Source: an uncultured Oscillospiraceae bacterium
Lineage (GTDB): Bacteria > Bacillota > Clostridia > Oscillospirales > Ruminococcaceae
Length of the DNA: 64,000 nucleotides
Assembly: GCA_904397845.1 (NCBI GenBank)
Contig: CAJFOX010000032.1
Span: 130 to 64,129 of the forward strand
Direction: 5' to 3'
Position numbers and translations under genes: made by a program. Positions 1-10,604 of the stretch are shown here, one piece after another (the stretch's first letter is position 1; every line of letters starts with the position of its first letter). The notes below the pieces were generated by a model. It saw only the letters and a list, made by a program, of their open reading frames with translations. It was not told the DNA's origin and made no database searches.

Positions 1-105
1 GGTTTGGCCTTATTGATAGGAGTCCTGTTTACCCCTGTTGACGCATATGAGGGAGACAAGATGCTTTCAGATTTTCAAGTATTTCAAAGTGTTCAGGATC
101 CAAGC
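1..105 (+). CDS. 3' end of an unidentified gene entering from the left edge (partial)
   Basis: Frame 1 is open from base 1 to TGA at 103-105 (GLALLIGVLFTPVDAYEGDKMLSDFQVFQSVQDPS). The start is hydrophobic. No family recognised. Confidence 0.3.
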
Positions 106-125
106 TGAATCGGAGGAAAAAGCCT

Positions 126-866
126 ATGCTGACTGGAAAGCGCTGTGTTTGCCTTGGCCTTTGCGTTGCCTGTCTTTTCCTTGGCGGCTGCCGCGCAGCG
201 GAGGAAGCTGTGTCAGATCCCGGAGCGCAGACGGACGGGCAGGCGCAGAGTGTGGAATCCTCGGAAGCGCTTGGGACGGATACGCCCGATTTTGCCGGGC
301 ATGGCATGACGATGAGCCGGGAGGAATACTTTAGCCGGGAACGGTATGTCGACTGGTGCCAGTCTTTGACCTGTGCAAGCGGATCCGGATATGGCAGGAC
401 GGTTTATTTCCCGACTGCGCAGCTGATTTTAACGCAGGCGGGCGGCGTAGAATACAAAAAGGCCGCCATATACGAGGTCCCCGCCGAAATTCAGGGAAAT
501 ATTTCGGCTTTTCTGCCCGGCGAATATGTTTTTTATTATCAGGTGGGCAATGACCTTTACCAGGTGTTCTACCCGGAAAGCCCTGACTGCGAAACACAAA
601 AGATTTTTTCTTCAGAAGAGCCTTTTTTCTCCTGGTTTCTGTCCAATTACCGCATGCTCATCGGCTATGAGTCTCAGGCGTTTCAGGAGGCGCTGGCACG
701 TATCAATGCGACTGGTGTGGATGAGCCGATGCCGCAGCAGTACGATTGGTATGTGCTGGATATCCGCAGCGGTGCGTTGCAGCGGCTGTCCGACGGGAAA
801 AATTATTCGGCTATGACTGAGGAAGAAAGAGAACAGTTTTTTCCGATAGAGGAAGAACGCAGATAA
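126..866 (+). CDS. hypothetical lipoprotein
   Basis: GGAGGA lies 9 nt upstream of the ATG. The N-terminus MLTGKRCVCLGLCVACLFLGGC has a signal peptide and a lipobox (LGGC). No family recognised. Confidence 0.7.
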   Translation: MLTGKRCVCLGLCVACLFLGGCRAAEEAVSDPGAQTDGQAQSVESSEALGTDTPDFAGHGMTMSREEYFSRERYVDWCQSLTCASGSGYGRTVYFPTAQLILTQAGGVEYKKAAIYEVPAEIQGNISAFLPGEYVFYYQVGNDLYQVFYPESPDCETQKIFSSEEPFFSWFLSNYRMLIGYESQAFQEALARINATGVDEPMPQQYDWYVLDIRSGALQRLSDGKNYSAMTEEEREQFFPIEEERR

Positions 867-1454
867 ACGCCATTTTGCCGCAGATCTTGCGCGCTGGCGG
901 CAAAACCGATCCGAGTACCTACGAGCGCAAATCGCAGAAATTTATATGAGAGCGGGTATTTTCTCAAAAGGAAAGAAAACCCGCCCCATATTACCGCAAA
1001 AAGCCCCTGGAAAGACAAGTTTCCACGCCAAAATCCACTGGGAAACACCCGGCAGGATGGATGACAGAATTGTGGGAGAATTTTCTTCAAAATCGCAAAA
1101 TTTTGAAGAAAAAAAACTTGCTTTTGTCCAAGGGCTGTGTTATTATAATTGAGCGTGACTGCACAAGATATGCGATGAAGCAGGAGGTTGCCGCTACAGG
1201 CGGGGAATTTCTGCCGAGTATGTCCGATTTCAAACCGGGCGACAAGAAATACCGTTGACATGTTGGGTGCGCTTTATAACAAAGGCCCACTCTCCCTGTC
1301 GCTTTTTGACATTTACCCTGTCAAGTCCCGGACAAACGGCGCTTTTTGACAAGCGTTGATTTGGCCGGTTTTTAAATGTCAAAGCGCGAAACACACGGGG
1401 CAGTGTTCAACTAATGTCGTCGTCCCACTCGAAAAAAGTTATCTCAAGGAGGCG

Positions 1455-1772
1455 ATGGTAGTGGCAGTCAAAGAAAAAATCAGAATCAGACTCAAAGGTT
1501 ACGACCATCAGTTGGTGGATACCGCTGCGGAGAAGATCGTTGAAACCGTAAAGCGCACCGGCGCACGGGTTTCCGGCCCCATCCCGCTGCCCACCGAAAA
1601 AGAAGTTGTAACCATTCTGCGCGCGGTGCATAAGTACAAAGACAGCCGTGAGCAGTTTGAGATGAGAACCCACAAAAGACTCATTGACATTCTGCGGCCT
1701 TCCAACAAGACGGTTGAGGCGCTGCAGGGTCTTGAGCTCCCGGCTGGCGTAGAAATCGAAATTAAGCTTTAA
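1455..1772 (+). CDS. rpsJ: 30S ribosomal protein S10
   Basis: Track ORF 1356..1772 trimmed to ATG 1455, which is preceded by [22 protein letters not shown]...HKRLIDI is typical of S10. It is the first gene of the conserved S10 operon order. Confidence 0.97.
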   Translation: MVVAVKEKIRIRLKGYDHQLVDTAAEKIVETVKRTGARVSGPIPLPTEKEVVTILRAVHKYKDSREQFEMRTHKRLIDILRPSNKTVEALQGLELPAGVEIEIKL

Positions 1773-1847
1773 TTTCTCAGTTTCATGCGCTGCCAGGTCA
1801 TGTTGGCGGGATGCCCCGTCAACCAATAACCAAAGGAGGAGAAAAGA

Positions 1848-2483
1848 ATGCAAAAATGCATCGTAGGCAAAAAAATCGGCATGACCCAGATTTTTGACGA
1901 AGCGGGCAAATTTGTTCCCGTTACCGTCGTGGAAGCCGGCCCCTGCGTTGTCGTCCAGAAAAAAACTGTCGAGAACGACGGTTACGAGTCCATTCAGGTG
2001 GGCTTTGGCGACATTTCGCAGAAGAAAGTTTCCAAGCCCCTGCAGGGTCACTTTGCAAAAGCGGACGTCGCCTGCAAACGCGTGCTCAGAGAGTTCAGAC
2101 TTGACGACTGCTCTGGTGTAAACGTTGGCGAAATCATCAAAGCGGACACCTTCGAGGTGGGAGACAGAGTAGACGCTTGCGGAACTTCCAAAGGTAAAGG
2201 TTACGCCGGTACCATCAAGCGGTTCAACTTTTCCAGACTGAAAGAAACGCACGGTTCCGGTCCTGTCGCCAGACACGCAGGATCCATGGGCGCGTGTTCC
2301 GACCCGTCCAGAGTCATGAAGGGCAAAAAGCTGCCTGGTCACATGGGTGTTGAGCGGGTTACCGTTCAGAACCTGACCGTGGTCAAGGTAGATGCAGAAA
2401 ACAATCTGATTGCGCTGAAGGGCGCGATTCCCGGCCCCAAAGGCGGAATCGTTTATCTGACCGACAGCGTCAAAAAGGCATAA
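1848..2483 (+). CDS. rplC: 50S ribosomal protein L3
   Basis: [40 protein letters not shown] is L3-like. Position after rpsJ fits. Confidence 0.97.
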   Translation: MQKCIVGKKIGMTQIFDEAGKFVPVTVVEAGPCVVVQKKTVENDGYESIQVGFGDISQKKVSKPLQGHFAKADVACKRVLREFRLDDCSGVNVGEIIKADTFEVGDRVDACGTSKGKGYAGTIKRFNFSRLKETHGSGPVARHAGSMGACSDPSRVMKGKKLPGHMGVERVTVQNLTVVKVDAENNLIALKGAIPGPKGGIVYLTDSVKKA

Positions 2484-2500
2484 GGGAAGGAGGAAGCACG

Positions 2501-3124
2501 ATGCCAAATGTAAATGTATATGATATGTCCGGCAAAGTGGTCGGCGATATCGCCCTTTCCGATGCCGTATTCGGAATCGAACCCAACAGCGTGGTAATGC
2601 ATGCTGCGGTGGTCAATTATCTGGCCAACCAGCGTCAGGGCACCCAGTCCACTCTGACCAGAACCGAAGTCAGAGGCGGCGGCCGCAAACCCTGGAGACA
2701 GAAAGGCACCGGCCACGCGAGACAGGGATCCATCAGGGCTCCTCAGTGGAGACACGGCGGCGTTGCTTTGGGCCCGAAACCCCGTGACTACAGATATTCC
2801 TTAAACAAAAAAGTAAAGAAACTGGCTATGCTGTCCGCCCTGTCTTCCAAAGTGAAAGACGGCGATATGATCGTTCTGGACAACATCAGCGTGGAAGAGT
2901 ACAAGACCAAGACGATTGTCAACATGCTCAAAGCGCTGGGCGCCGACAAAAAAGCCATGATCGTCATGCCTTCTGTGGATGATAAGCTGATCCAGAGCGC
3001 CAGCAACATCCCGGGTGTGCAGACTGCATTGGTCAATACCATCAATGTGTACGACATCTTGAACCATGATAAATTCATCATCGTCAAGAGCGCCGTGGAA
3101 AAACTTGAGGAGGTGTACGCATAA
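2501..3124 (+). CDS. rplD: 50S ribosomal protein L4
   Basis: [39 protein letters not shown] is the L4 signature region. Confidence 0.97.
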   Translation: MPNVNVYDMSGKVVGDIALSDAVFGIEPNSVVMHAAVVNYLANQRQGTQSTLTRTEVRGGGRKPWRQKGTGHARQGSIRAPQWRHGGVALGPKPRDYRYSLNKKVKKLAMLSALSSKVKDGDMIVLDNISVEEYKTKTIVNMLKALGADKKAMIVMPSVDDKLIQSASNIPGVQTALVNTINVYDILNHDKFIIVKSAVEKLEEVYA

Positions 3125-3417
3125 TGAAAAAGGCACAGGACATTATCCTCCGCCCTGTTATTACCGAGGCCTCCATGTCCGGTATTGCGAACAAAAAGTA
3201 TACCTTCAAGGTTGCGAATGACGCCAACAAGATCGAGATCGCCAAAGCGGTGGAAGAGCTGTTTGGCGTAAAGGTCAAAAAAGTAAACACCATGAATGTC
3301 CCGGGCCAGTTCCGGCGCCAGGGCATGCAAGGCGGCTATCAGCCGGATTGGAAAAAAGCTATCGTAACGCTGAAAGATGACTCCAAGGGAATCGAATTCT
3401 TTGAGAGCATGATGTAA
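3124..3417 (+). CDS. rplW: 50S ribosomal protein L23
   Basis: TAATG overlap with the rplD stop. DIILRPVITEASM...KYTFKV is L23-like. Confidence 0.96.
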   Translation: MKKAQDIILRPVITEASMSGIANKKYTFKVANDANKIEIAKAVEELFGVKVKKVNTMNVPGQFRRQGMQGGYQPDWKKAIVTLKDDSKGIEFFESMM

Positions 3418-3477
3418 GCTTCTGGGATAGCGAAAGATCATCCCGCAAAGCTCAGTGAACAAGGAGAGTGAAACCGA

Positions 3478-4311
3478 ATGGCTATCAAAAGCTATAAACC
3501 GACAACAGCGGCTCGTCGCCAGATGACCGTTACCGATTACTCTCAGTTGTCTAAGGTTGCTCCGGAGAAGAGCCTTGTCGAGTCTCTGAAGACCCACTCC
3601 GGCCGCAACAGCTACGGTAGAATCACCGTTCGTCACCGCGGTGGCGGCAACAGAAGAAAATACCGTATCATCGACTTCAAGAGAGAAAAAGCTGGGGTTC
3701 CCGCCCAGGTCCTGACCTTGGAATATGACCCCAACCGTTCCGCTCATATCGCCCTGGTGCAGTATGAAGACGGTGAAAAACGCTATATCATCGCCCCCAA
3801 TGGACTGAAAGTCGGCGACTCTGTCGTTTCTGGTCCCGAGGCGGATATCATCGCAGGCAACGCTTTGCCGCTGGCCAATATTCCGGTCGGTACCTTCATC
3901 CACAACGTGGAGCTGTACCCGGGAAAAGGCGCTCAGCTGGCCCGTGCCGCCGGCATCCAGGCCCAGCTGATGGCAAAAGAAGGCGCTTACGCACTGATTC
4001 GTCTGCCTTCTGGCGAGCTGCGCAACGTTCCGGCGAACTGCATGGCCACCATCGGCCAGGTAGGCAACATCGACCATGAAAACGTATCCTATGGTAAAGC
4101 TGGCCGGAAACGCCACATGGGTTGGCGGCCCACCGTCCGCGGTTCTGTTATGAACCCCAACGACCATCCGCACGGCGGTGGTGAGGGCAAGTCTCCCGTA
4201 GGCCGCCCGGGTCCTGTAACCCCGTGGGGCAAACCCGCGCTGGGCTACAAAACCAGAAAGCACCACAACCGTTCCGATAAGTTTATCGTGAAACGCCGCA
4301 ACGCGAAGTAA
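3478..4311 (+). CDS. rplB: 50S ribosomal protein L2
   Basis: [28 protein letters not shown] and [17 protein letters not shown] are L2 hallmarks. Confidence 0.98.
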   Translation: MAIKSYKPTTAARRQMTVTDYSQLSKVAPEKSLVESLKTHSGRNSYGRITVRHRGGGNRRKYRIIDFKREKAGVPAQVLTLEYDPNRSAHIALVQYEDGEKRYIIAPNGLKVGDSVVSGPEADIIAGNALPLANIPVGTFIHNVELYPGKGAQLARAAGIQAQLMAKEGAYALIRLPSGELRNVPANCMATIGQVGNIDHENVSYGKAGRKRHMGWRPTVRGSVMNPNDHPHGGGEGKSPVGRPGPVTPWGKPALGYKTRKHHNRSDKFIVKRRNAK

Positions 4312-4325
4312 AGGAGGCAAAAGTT

Positions 4326-4607
4326 ATGAGCAGAAGTCTGAAAAAAGGACCTTACGTTTTGCCGGTGCTTCTCAAACGCGTTGAGGAAATGAACAAAACA
4401 GGCGAGAAAAAGGTTCTGAAAACCTGGAGCCGCGCATCCACTATCTTCCCGGATTTCGTGGGTCACACATTTGCCGTACATGACGGGCGCAAACACGTTC
4501 CGGTCTATGTAACGGAAGACATGGTCGGGCACAAACTCGGTGAGTTTGCCCCCACCAGAACGTATAAAGGCCACGCCGGTTCCAAGAAATCGAATAACGG
4601 AAAGTAG
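4326..4607 (+). CDS. rpsS: 30S ribosomal protein S19
   Basis: [11 protein letters not shown]...[38 protein letters not shown] is S19. Confidence 0.97.
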   Translation: MSRSLKKGPYVLPVLLKRVEEMNKTGEKKVLKTWSRASTIFPDFVGHTFAVHDGRKHVPVYVTEDMVGHKLGEFAPTRTYKGHAGSKKSNNGK

Positions 4608-4625
4608 GCCGAAAGGAGGATTAAC

Positions 4626-4961
4626 ATGGAAGCAAGGGCTTATTTGAAATACGCCCGTATTGCACCGAGAAAAGTGCAGATTGTCCTGGATTTGATCCGC
4701 GGCAAAGACGCACAGATGGCCCGTGCAATACTCAAGCACACCCCGAAGGCTGCTTGCGAGCCGTTGGAGAAGCTCCTGAATTCGGCCGTCGCCAACGCCG
4801 AGAACAACTTCAACATGGATAAAAACAACCTGTACGTTGCAGAGTGTTACGTCTGCCCCGGCCCAACCCTCAAACGGATTAGACCCAGAGCGCAGGGCCG
4901 TGCATTCCGTGTGCTGAAAAGAACTTCTCACGTCACCATGGTCCTGAAGGAAAAGGAATAA
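4626..4961 (+). CDS. rplV: 50S ribosomal protein L22
   Basis: [29 protein letters not shown]...[15 protein letters not shown] is L22. Confidence 0.97.
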   Translation: MEARAYLKYARIAPRKVQIVLDLIRGKDAQMARAILKHTPKAACEPLEKLLNSAVANAENNFNMDKNNLYVAECYVCPGPTLKRIRPRAQGRAFRVLKRTSHVTMVLKEKE

Positions 4962-4982
4962 GCTGAAAGAAGGAGGTAAACT

Positions 4983-5669
4983 ATGGGACAGAAAGTAAAT
5001 CCCCACGGCCTTCGCGTGGGCGTTATCAAAGATTGGGATTCCCGCTGGTTTGCTAAGGATGATGCTTTCGGCGATATCCTCGTCGAGGACTACAAACTTC
5101 GCAAATTTTTGAAGAAGACCCTGTATGGCGCCGGCGTTCCCCGCATCGAGATCGAGCGTGACGCAGCAAAAGTCAGAATTCACATTCACTGCGCACGCCC
5201 TGGCATGGTGATTGGCCGCGGTGGTGCGGATATCGAAAAACTGCGCCAGCAGTGTGAAAAAATGATCAACAAAGGCAAAGAGACCCCGGTTGCGGTTCTC
5301 ATCAACATTGTTGAAGTCAAGCAAGCGGACAAAAACGCGCAGCTGGTTGCCGAGAGCATCGCAACCCAGCTTGAGCGCCGAGTGTCCTTCCGCCGTGCGA
5401 TGAAGCAGGCCATCGGCCGTGCGATGAAGCTGGGCGCCAAGGGCATCAAGGTGAATGTTTCCGGCCGTTTGGGCGGAGCGGAGATCGCGCGTAGCGAACA
5501 TTATCACGAGGGCACCATTCCGCTGCAGACCCTGCGCGCCGACATTGATTACGGCTTTGCAGAGGCGGATACCACCTACGGCAAGATCGGCGTAAAGGTA
5601 TGGATTTATACCGGCGACGTTCTGGCCGATGGCAAAAAGCAGCCTCGTAAGGAAGGAGGCAAAAACTAA
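4983..5669 (+). CDS. rpsC: 30S ribosomal protein S3
   Basis: [24 protein letters not shown] and [29 protein letters not shown] are S3. Confidence 0.98.
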   Translation: MGQKVNPHGLRVGVIKDWDSRWFAKDDAFGDILVEDYKLRKFLKKTLYGAGVPRIEIERDAAKVRIHIHCARPGMVIGRGGADIEKLRQQCEKMINKGKETPVAVLINIVEVKQADKNAQLVAESIATQLERRVSFRRAMKQAIGRAMKLGAKGIKVNVSGRLGGAEIARSEHYHEGTIPLQTLRADIDYGFAEADTTYGKIGVKVWIYTGDVLADGKKQPRKEGGKN

Positions 5670-6100
5670 TGCTTCTGCCGAAAAGAGTAAAATACCGCAG
5701 GGTTCACAGAGGACGCCTGACCGGTAAAGCAACAAGAGGCAACACCGTGACTTACGGCGATTATGGCCTCCAGGCACTGGAACCCGCTTGGATCTCTTCC
5801 CGCCAGATTGAGGCGGCCCGTATTGCCATGACCCGTTACATCAAACGTGGCGGTCAGGTATGGATTAAGATCTTCCCGGACAAACCGATTACTCAGAAAC
5901 CGGCCGAAACCCGAATGGGTTCTGGTAAAGGTTCTCCCGAATACTGGGTTGCCGTTGTAAAACCTGGCAGAGTGATGTTTGAAATCGGCGGCGTTTCTGA
6001 GGAGCTGGCCCGCGAGGCATTCCGCCTGGCAAGCCACAAACTGCCGATCAAAACAAAGTTCGTTGCAAAAGAAAAGGAAGCAGAGGAGGGTGAAGAGTAA
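5669..6100 (+). CDS. rplP: 50S ribosomal protein L16
   Basis: TAATG overlap. [25 protein letters not shown]...[19 protein letters not shown] is L16. Confidence 0.98.
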   Translation: MLLPKRVKYRRVHRGRLTGKATRGNTVTYGDYGLQALEPAWISSRQIEAARIAMTRYIKRGGQVWIKIFPDKPITQKPAETRMGSGKGSPEYWVAVVKPGRVMFEIGGVSEELAREAFRLASHKLPIKTKFVAKEKEAEEGEE

Positions 6101-6300
6101 TGAAGGCTTCGGAGATCCGTGAGTTGAGCAATGCCGAATTGAACGAAAAGCTGACCGCGCTCAAAGCCGAGCTTTTCAACCTGCGCTTCCAGCACGCCAT
6201 CAACCAACTGGAAAATCCCATGCGGATGAAAGAGGTCAAAAAAGACATCGCGCGCATCAAAACGGTGCTGCGTCAGTTGGAAATGAAAAACGTGCAGTAA
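6100..6300 (+). CDS. rpmC: 50S ribosomal protein L29
   Basis: TAATG overlap. [26 protein letters not shown] is L29. Confidence 0.96.
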   Translation: MKASEIRELSNAELNEKLTALKAELFNLRFQHAINQLENPMRMKEVKKDIARIKTVLRQLEMKNVQ

Positions 6301-6320
6301 ACGAAGGGAGGATTTAAGCT

Positions 6321-6575
6321 GTGGAAAGAAACCTCAGAAAAACGATGGTCGGCAAGGTTGTCAGCGACAAAATGGATAAAACCGTCGTCGTATCAATCCA
6401 GGACAATGTAAAACACCCCCTTTATAAAAAGATTATCAAAAGAACCGTAAAGTTCAAAGCTCATGACGAGAAGAACGAATGCGGAATTGGTGATAGAGTC
6501 ATGATTATGGAAACCCGACCGATCTCCAAAGACAAAAATTGGCGTGTTGTCCAGATCATCGAAAAAGCGAAATAA
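6321..6575 (+). CDS. rpsQ: 30S ribosomal protein S17
   Basis: GTG start after [22 protein letters not shown]...[25 protein letters not shown] is S17. Confidence 0.96.
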   Translation: MERNLRKTMVGKVVSDKMDKTVVVSIQDNVKHPLYKKIIKRTVKFKAHDEKNECGIGDRVMIMETRPISKDKNWRVVQIIEKAK

Positions 6576-6614
6576 TCCTACACCAATGCCAATAATCGAA
6601 AGGAGGAACATTCT

Positions 6615-6983
6615 GTGATTCAGATGCAGACCTTGATGAAGGTAGCGGACAACACCGGCGCGAAAGAATTGATGTGTATCCGCGTGCTGGGCGGTTCCCG
6701 CAGAAGATACGCCAACATCGGCGATGTGGTAGTGGCTTCGGTTAAAAAAGCTGCCCCCGGTGGCGTAGTGAAAAAGGGCGACGTCGTGAAAGCAGTAATC
6801 GTTCGTTCTGCCAAAGGCATTCGCCGTGACGACGGTACTTATATCCGTTTTGACGAGAATGCGGCAGTTATTATTAGAGAAGATAAAAACCCAAGGGGTA
6901 CGCGTATTTTTGGGCCGGTTGCGAGAGAGCTCCGTGAGAAAGACTATCTCAAAATTTTAAGCCTCGCCCCAGAGGTTCTGTAG
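6615..6983 (+). CDS. rplN: 50S ribosomal protein L14
   Basis: GTG start after [36 protein letters not shown] is L14. Confidence 0.98.
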   Translation: MIQMQTLMKVADNTGAKELMCIRVLGGSRRRYANIGDVVVASVKKAAPGGVVKKGDVVKAVIVRSAKGIRRDDGTYIRFDENAAVIIREDKNPRGTRIFGPVARELREKDYLKILSLAPEVL

Positions 6984-7000
6984 TTGGAGGTGCGCTGTAA

Positions 7001-7315
7001 GTGAATAAGGTTCACGTCAAAAAAGGCGATACAGTCATCATCCTGTCCGGTAAGGACAAGAACAAAAAGGGCAAGGTGCTGGAAGTAAGCCCCGCCGAGC
7101 GCAAAGTCATTATCGAAGGCTGCAACATGGTCACCAAACATGTAAAGCCTCGCAGAATGGGTGAGCCCGGCGGCATTGTGAAGGCAGAAGCCCCGCTGTA
7201 CGCCTGCAAAGTAATGTTGGTATGCCCCAAGTGCGGCAAAGGCACCCGCCTGGCCCACAAAATGGATGGCGATTCGAAAATGCGTGTATGCAAGCACTGC
7301 GGTGAAACTTTCTAA
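7001..7315 (+). CDS. rplX: 50S ribosomal protein L24
   Basis: GTG start after GGAGGTG. The KOW motif [24 protein letters not shown] is L24. Confidence 0.96.
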   Translation: MNKVHVKKGDTVIILSGKDKNKKGKVLEVSPAERKVIIEGCNMVTKHVKPRRMGEPGGIVKAEAPLYACKVMLVCPKCGKGTRLAHKMDGDSKMRVCKHCGETF

Positions 7316-7330
7316 GAAGGAGGAAAAAAC

Positions 7331-7870
7331 ATGGCCAGAATGAGAGATTACTACGTAAAAGACGTAGCTCCGGCTCTGATGAAAAAATTCAGCTACAAAA
7401 GCGTCATGCAGATTCCGAAACTTGAGAAGATCGTTGTCAACGTAGGCTGCGGTGAAGCACGCGATAATCCCAAGATGATCGACGCTATTATTTCTGACCT
7501 GAGCAAAATCACCGGTCAGAAAGCTGTCCCCTGTAAAGCAAAAAAATCCGTTGCGAATTTTAAACTTCGTGAAGGCATGACTATCGGCGCAAAAGTAACC
7601 CTGCGCGGCGAGATTATGTATGAGTTTTTGGACAGACTCTTCAACATCGCGCTGCCCCGCGTTCGTGACTTCAGAGGAATCAACCCCAACGGCTTCGATG
7701 GTAGGGGGAATTACAATATGGGCCTGCGTGAGCAGCTGTTGTTCCCCGAAATTGACTATGATAAGATCGATAAAGTGCGCGGTATGGACATCTGCTTTGT
7801 CACAACCGCTAATACAGACGAAGAGGCTCGTGAGCTGCTGGCTCTGATGGGCGCTCCGTTTGCCAAGTAA
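7331..7870 (+). CDS. rplE: 50S ribosomal protein L5
   Basis: [29 protein letters not shown]...[24 protein letters not shown] is L5. Confidence 0.98.
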   Translation: MARMRDYYVKDVAPALMKKFSYKSVMQIPKLEKIVVNVGCGEARDNPKMIDAIISDLSKITGQKAVPCKAKKSVANFKLREGMTIGAKVTLRGEIMYEFLDRLFNIALPRVRDFRGINPNGFDGRGNYNMGLREQLLFPEIDYDKIDKVRGMDICFVTTANTDEEARELLALMGAPFAK

Positions 7871-7886
7871 GAAGGAGGTTTTGTAG

Positions 7887-8072
7887 GTGGCTAAAAAGTC
7901 CATGATCAACAAGCAGCAGCGGACACCCAAATTCTCCACTCGAGCATATAACAGATGCAAGATCTGTGGCAGACCCCACGCCTATCTTCGCAAATTCGGC
8001 ATTTGCCGTATCTGTTTCAGAGAGCTGGCATACAAAGGCCAGATCCCAGGCGTCAAAAAGGCTAGCTGGTAA
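7887..8072 (+). CDS. rpsN: 30S ribosomal protein S14, type Z (zinc-binding, 61 aa)
   Basis: GTG start after [46 protein letters not shown] carries the CxxC...CxxC pair of short S14. Confidence 0.96.
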   Translation: MAKKSMINKQQRTPKFSTRAYNRCKICGRPHAYLRKFGICRICFRELAYKGQIPGVKKASW

Positions 8073-8096
8073 GCACGAGCAAAGGAGGTTGATTAC

Positions 8097-8495
8097 ATGC
8101 ACATCACCGATGCAATCGCTGATATGCTGACTCGTATCAGGAATGCGAATTCCGCAAAGCATGATACCGTTGATGTGCCCGCTTCCAACATGAAAAAGGC
8201 AATTGCCCAGATTTTGTTGGATGAAGGCTTCATTAAATCGTTCCAGATTGAGGAAGACGGCAAGCAGGGTATCATTCACATCACTTTGAAATATGGTCCT
8301 AATAAATCTCAGGTTATCAGTGGGCTGCGCCGTGTTTCCAAGCCCGGCCTGCGCATTTACGCCGACACTGAGAATATGCCGAAAGTCATGAAGGGCCTGG
8401 GCATTGCGATCATGTCCACGTCGAAAGGCGTAATGACCGACAAACAGGCGCGCAAAGAGCATGTCGGCGGTGAAGTACTGGCCTATATTTGGTAA
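8097..8495 (+). CDS. rpsH: 30S ribosomal protein S8
   Basis: [28 protein letters not shown] is S8. Confidence 0.97.
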   Translation: MHITDAIADMLTRIRNANSAKHDTVDVPASNMKKAIAQILLDEGFIKSFQIEEDGKQGIIHITLKYGPNKSQVISGLRRVSKPGLRIYADTENMPKVMKGLGIAIMSTSKGVMTDKQARKEHVGGEVLAYIW

Positions 8496-8513
8496 GCAAG
8501 GAGGTGCACTGAA

Positions 8514-9059
8514 ATGTCTCGAATTGGTAGAAAACCCATCGCGGTTCCCGCCGGTATTGATGTAAAGATCGACGGCTCTACCGTGACGGTCAAAGGGCCG
8601 AAAGGAACTTTGACCCAAACCTTTAACAAGGATATGGCAATCACACTGGAAGGCGGCGTGATCGAAGTAAAACGCCCCACCGATGACAAGGCGCACAGAA
8701 GCTTGCACGGTTTGACCCGTACTTTGATTTCCAATATGGTTGAAGGTTGCGCCAAGGGCTTCAGCAAAGAGCTGGAGGTAAACGGCGTAGGTTACCGTGC
8801 TTCTAAGCAGGGTAAAAATCTGGTTATGGTGCTGGGATTCTCTCATCAGGTGATCGTCCCCGAAATCGACGGCATCACCATCGATGTGCCCGCCCCAAAT
8901 AAAATTATCGTTAACGGACCTGACAAGCAGAAGGTCGGTCAGTTTGCAGCCGAAATCCGTGAAAAGCGCCCTCCGGAGCCTTATAAAGGCAAGGGCATCA
9001 AGTATGTGGACGAGGTTATCATCCGCAAAGAGGGTAAGGCTGGTAAAGGCAAGAAGTAG
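8514..9059 (+). CDS. rplF: 50S ribosomal protein L6
   Basis: [31 protein letters not shown] is L6. Confidence 0.97.
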   Translation: MSRIGRKPIAVPAGIDVKIDGSTVTVKGPKGTLTQTFNKDMAITLEGGVIEVKRPTDDKAHRSLHGLTRTLISNMVEGCAKGFSKELEVNGVGYRASKQGKNLVMVLGFSHQVIVPEIDGITIDVPAPNKIIVNGPDKQKVGQFAAEIREKRPPEPYKGKGIKYVDEVIIRKEGKAGKGKK

Positions 9060-9078
9060 TTAAAGGAGTGAGTCACAA

Positions 9079-9438
9079 ATGGTGAAAAAGCCGGATAAAA
9101 ATACTGCCAGGCTGAAAAGACACGCCAGAGTCCGTAAAAAGATTAGCGGCACTGCGGCTCGTCCCCGCCTGAATGTTTTCCGCTCCGCAAAGCACATCTA
9201 TGCCCAGCTGATCGACGATGTAGCCGGCGTAACGCTGGCCAGCGCATCTTCGATGGAAAAAGGGTTCGAAGGCTTTGGCGGAAACAAAGAAGCGGCGAAA
9301 AAGGTCGGCATGGCCATCGCACAGAAAGCACAGGAGAAAGGGATCTCCGAAATCGTCTTCGACAGAAGCGGCTATATTTATCATGGGCGCGTCAAAGAGC
9401 TGGCGGAGGGCGCCCGTGAAGGCGGCCTGAAATTCTAA
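9079..9438 (+). CDS. rplR: 50S ribosomal protein L18
   Basis: [37 protein letters not shown]...[26 protein letters not shown] is L18. Confidence 0.97.
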   Translation: MVKKPDKNTARLKRHARVRKKISGTAARPRLNVFRSAKHIYAQLIDDVAGVTLASASSMEKGFEGFGGNKEAAKKVGMAIAQKAQEKGISEIVFDRSGYIYHGRVKELAEGAREGGLKF

Positions 9439-9454
9439 AGGAGGAGGAGAATAC

Positions 9455-9955
9455 ATGGCTCGAATTGATGGTTCTACTTTGGACCTGCAAGAGAAGGTCG
9501 TTGCCATTAACCGCGTATCCAAAACGGTTAAAGGCGGCCGTATCTTCAAATTTGCCGCGCTGGTTGTCGTCGGCGACGGCAACGGCACCATCGGCTTTGG
9601 ATTAGGTAAGTCCTCCGAGGTTCCGGACGCGATCCGCAAAGGGATTGAGGACGCCAAGAAAAATCTGATCCATGTTTCCTTAAAGGGAACAACCATCCCC
9701 CACGAAGTTATCGGCGCATTCGGCGCAGGCCGTGTGCTGATGAAACCGGCTCCCCGCGGTACCGGGGTTATCGCTGGCGGCCCTGTCCGTGCGGTAATGG
9801 AGGTTGCAGGCATCAGCGATATCCGTACGAAGTGCCTGCGCTCCAACAATCCCTGCAATGTTGTAAGCGCCACCATCGCTGGACTGGCGTCTTTGAAAAG
9901 CGTTGACGAGGTCGCTGCAATCCGCGGCAGATCCGTTGAGCAGATCTTGGGTTAA
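9455..9955 (+). CDS. rpsE: 30S ribosomal protein S5
   Basis: [48 protein letters not shown] is S5. Confidence 0.97.
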   Translation: MARIDGSTLDLQEKVVAINRVSKTVKGGRIFKFAALVVVGDGNGTIGFGLGKSSEVPDAIRKGIEDAKKNLIHVSLKGTTIPHEVIGAFGAGRVLMKPAPRGTGVIAGGPVRAVMEVAGISDIRTKCLRSNNPCNVVSATIAGLASLKSVDEVAAIRGRSVEQILG

Positions 9956-9964
9956 GGAGGCGGC

Positions 9965-10141
9965 ATGGCTATGAAAATCAAATTGGTTAAAAGCCTCAAC
10001 GGCAGAAAAAAAGACCAGATTGCCACTGCGTACTCTCTGGGACTCAAAAAAATCGGTAACGAGACAATACAGCCTGATAACGAGGCCACCCGTGGCAAGA
10101 TTGCCAAGATTTCTCACCTCGTTGAGGTAACCGAAGCGTAA
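9965..10141 (+). CDS. rpmD: 50S ribosomal protein L30 (58 aa, absent from the ORF track)
   Basis: Read by hand: ATG 9965 after AAGGAGG; [58 protein letters not shown]; stop TAA at 10139-10141. Sits in the expected slot between rpsE and rplO. Confidence 0.9.
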   Translation: MAMKIKLVKSLNGRKKDQIATAYSLGLKKIGNETIQPDNEATRGKIAKISHLVEVTEA

Positions 10142-10161
10142 AACAAGGAGGTGCGAGTATC

Positions 10162-10602
10162 ATGAAGTTGCACGAGCTTTCTCCGGCGCCTGGTTCGAAT
10201 AAGGACGTCTTCCGTAAGGGCAGAGGTCACGGATCCGGCAATGGTAAAACGGCGGGCAAAGGCCACAAAGGACAGAACGCCCGTTCCGGCGGCGGTGTAA
10301 GACCCGGCTTTGAGGGCGGCCAGATGCCGCTGGCAAGACGAGTCCCCAAGAGAGGATTCCATAATATTTTTGCCACCAAGTATGCTACGATCAATGTTTC
10401 CGACCTGAATTGCTTTGAGGACGGCGCGGTTGTAGATACCAACGCAATTCTTGCCGCGGGTCTTCTGAAAAAAACACTTGACGGCGTAAAGATTCTTGGC
10501 AATGGCGAACTGACCAAGAAGCTGACCGTAAATGTTGCCGCTTTCTCCGCATCTGCCAAGCAGAAAATTGAGGAGGCAGGCGGGAAAGCCGAGGTGAAAT
10601 AA
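10162..10602 (+). CDS. rplO: 50S ribosomal protein L15
   Basis: [57 protein letters not shown] is L15. Confidence 0.97.
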   Translation: MKLHELSPAPGSNKDVFRKGRGHGSGNGKTAGKGHKGQNARSGGGVRPGFEGGQMPLARRVPKRGFHNIFATKYATINVSDLNCFEDGAVVDTNAILAAGLLKKTLDGVKILGNGELTKKLTVNVAAFSASAKQKIEEAGGKAEVK

Positions 10603-10604
10603 GA

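Noticed and set aside
1061-1258. Small ORFs (65-68 aa) in the region upstream of rpsJ.
   Set aside because: They have no RBS and atypical composition, and they overlap candidate promoter elements. The region is treated as an untranslated leader or promoter.
2788-8846. Very long antisense ORFs opposite the ribosomal genes (for example 2788..4320, 4245..5777, 6944..7960 and 7809..8846, minus strand, 338-510 aa).
   Set aside because: Each lies entirely opposite unmistakable ribosomal protein genes. Their sequences are low-complexity and Arg/Gly/His-rich, and they have no RBS. They are shadow ORFs caused by codon bias. The same applies to 28102..29340, 29274..30686, 30907..32469, 35794..37416 and 38401..39480 opposite the pur genes, and to 60608..61585 opposite the ABC gene.
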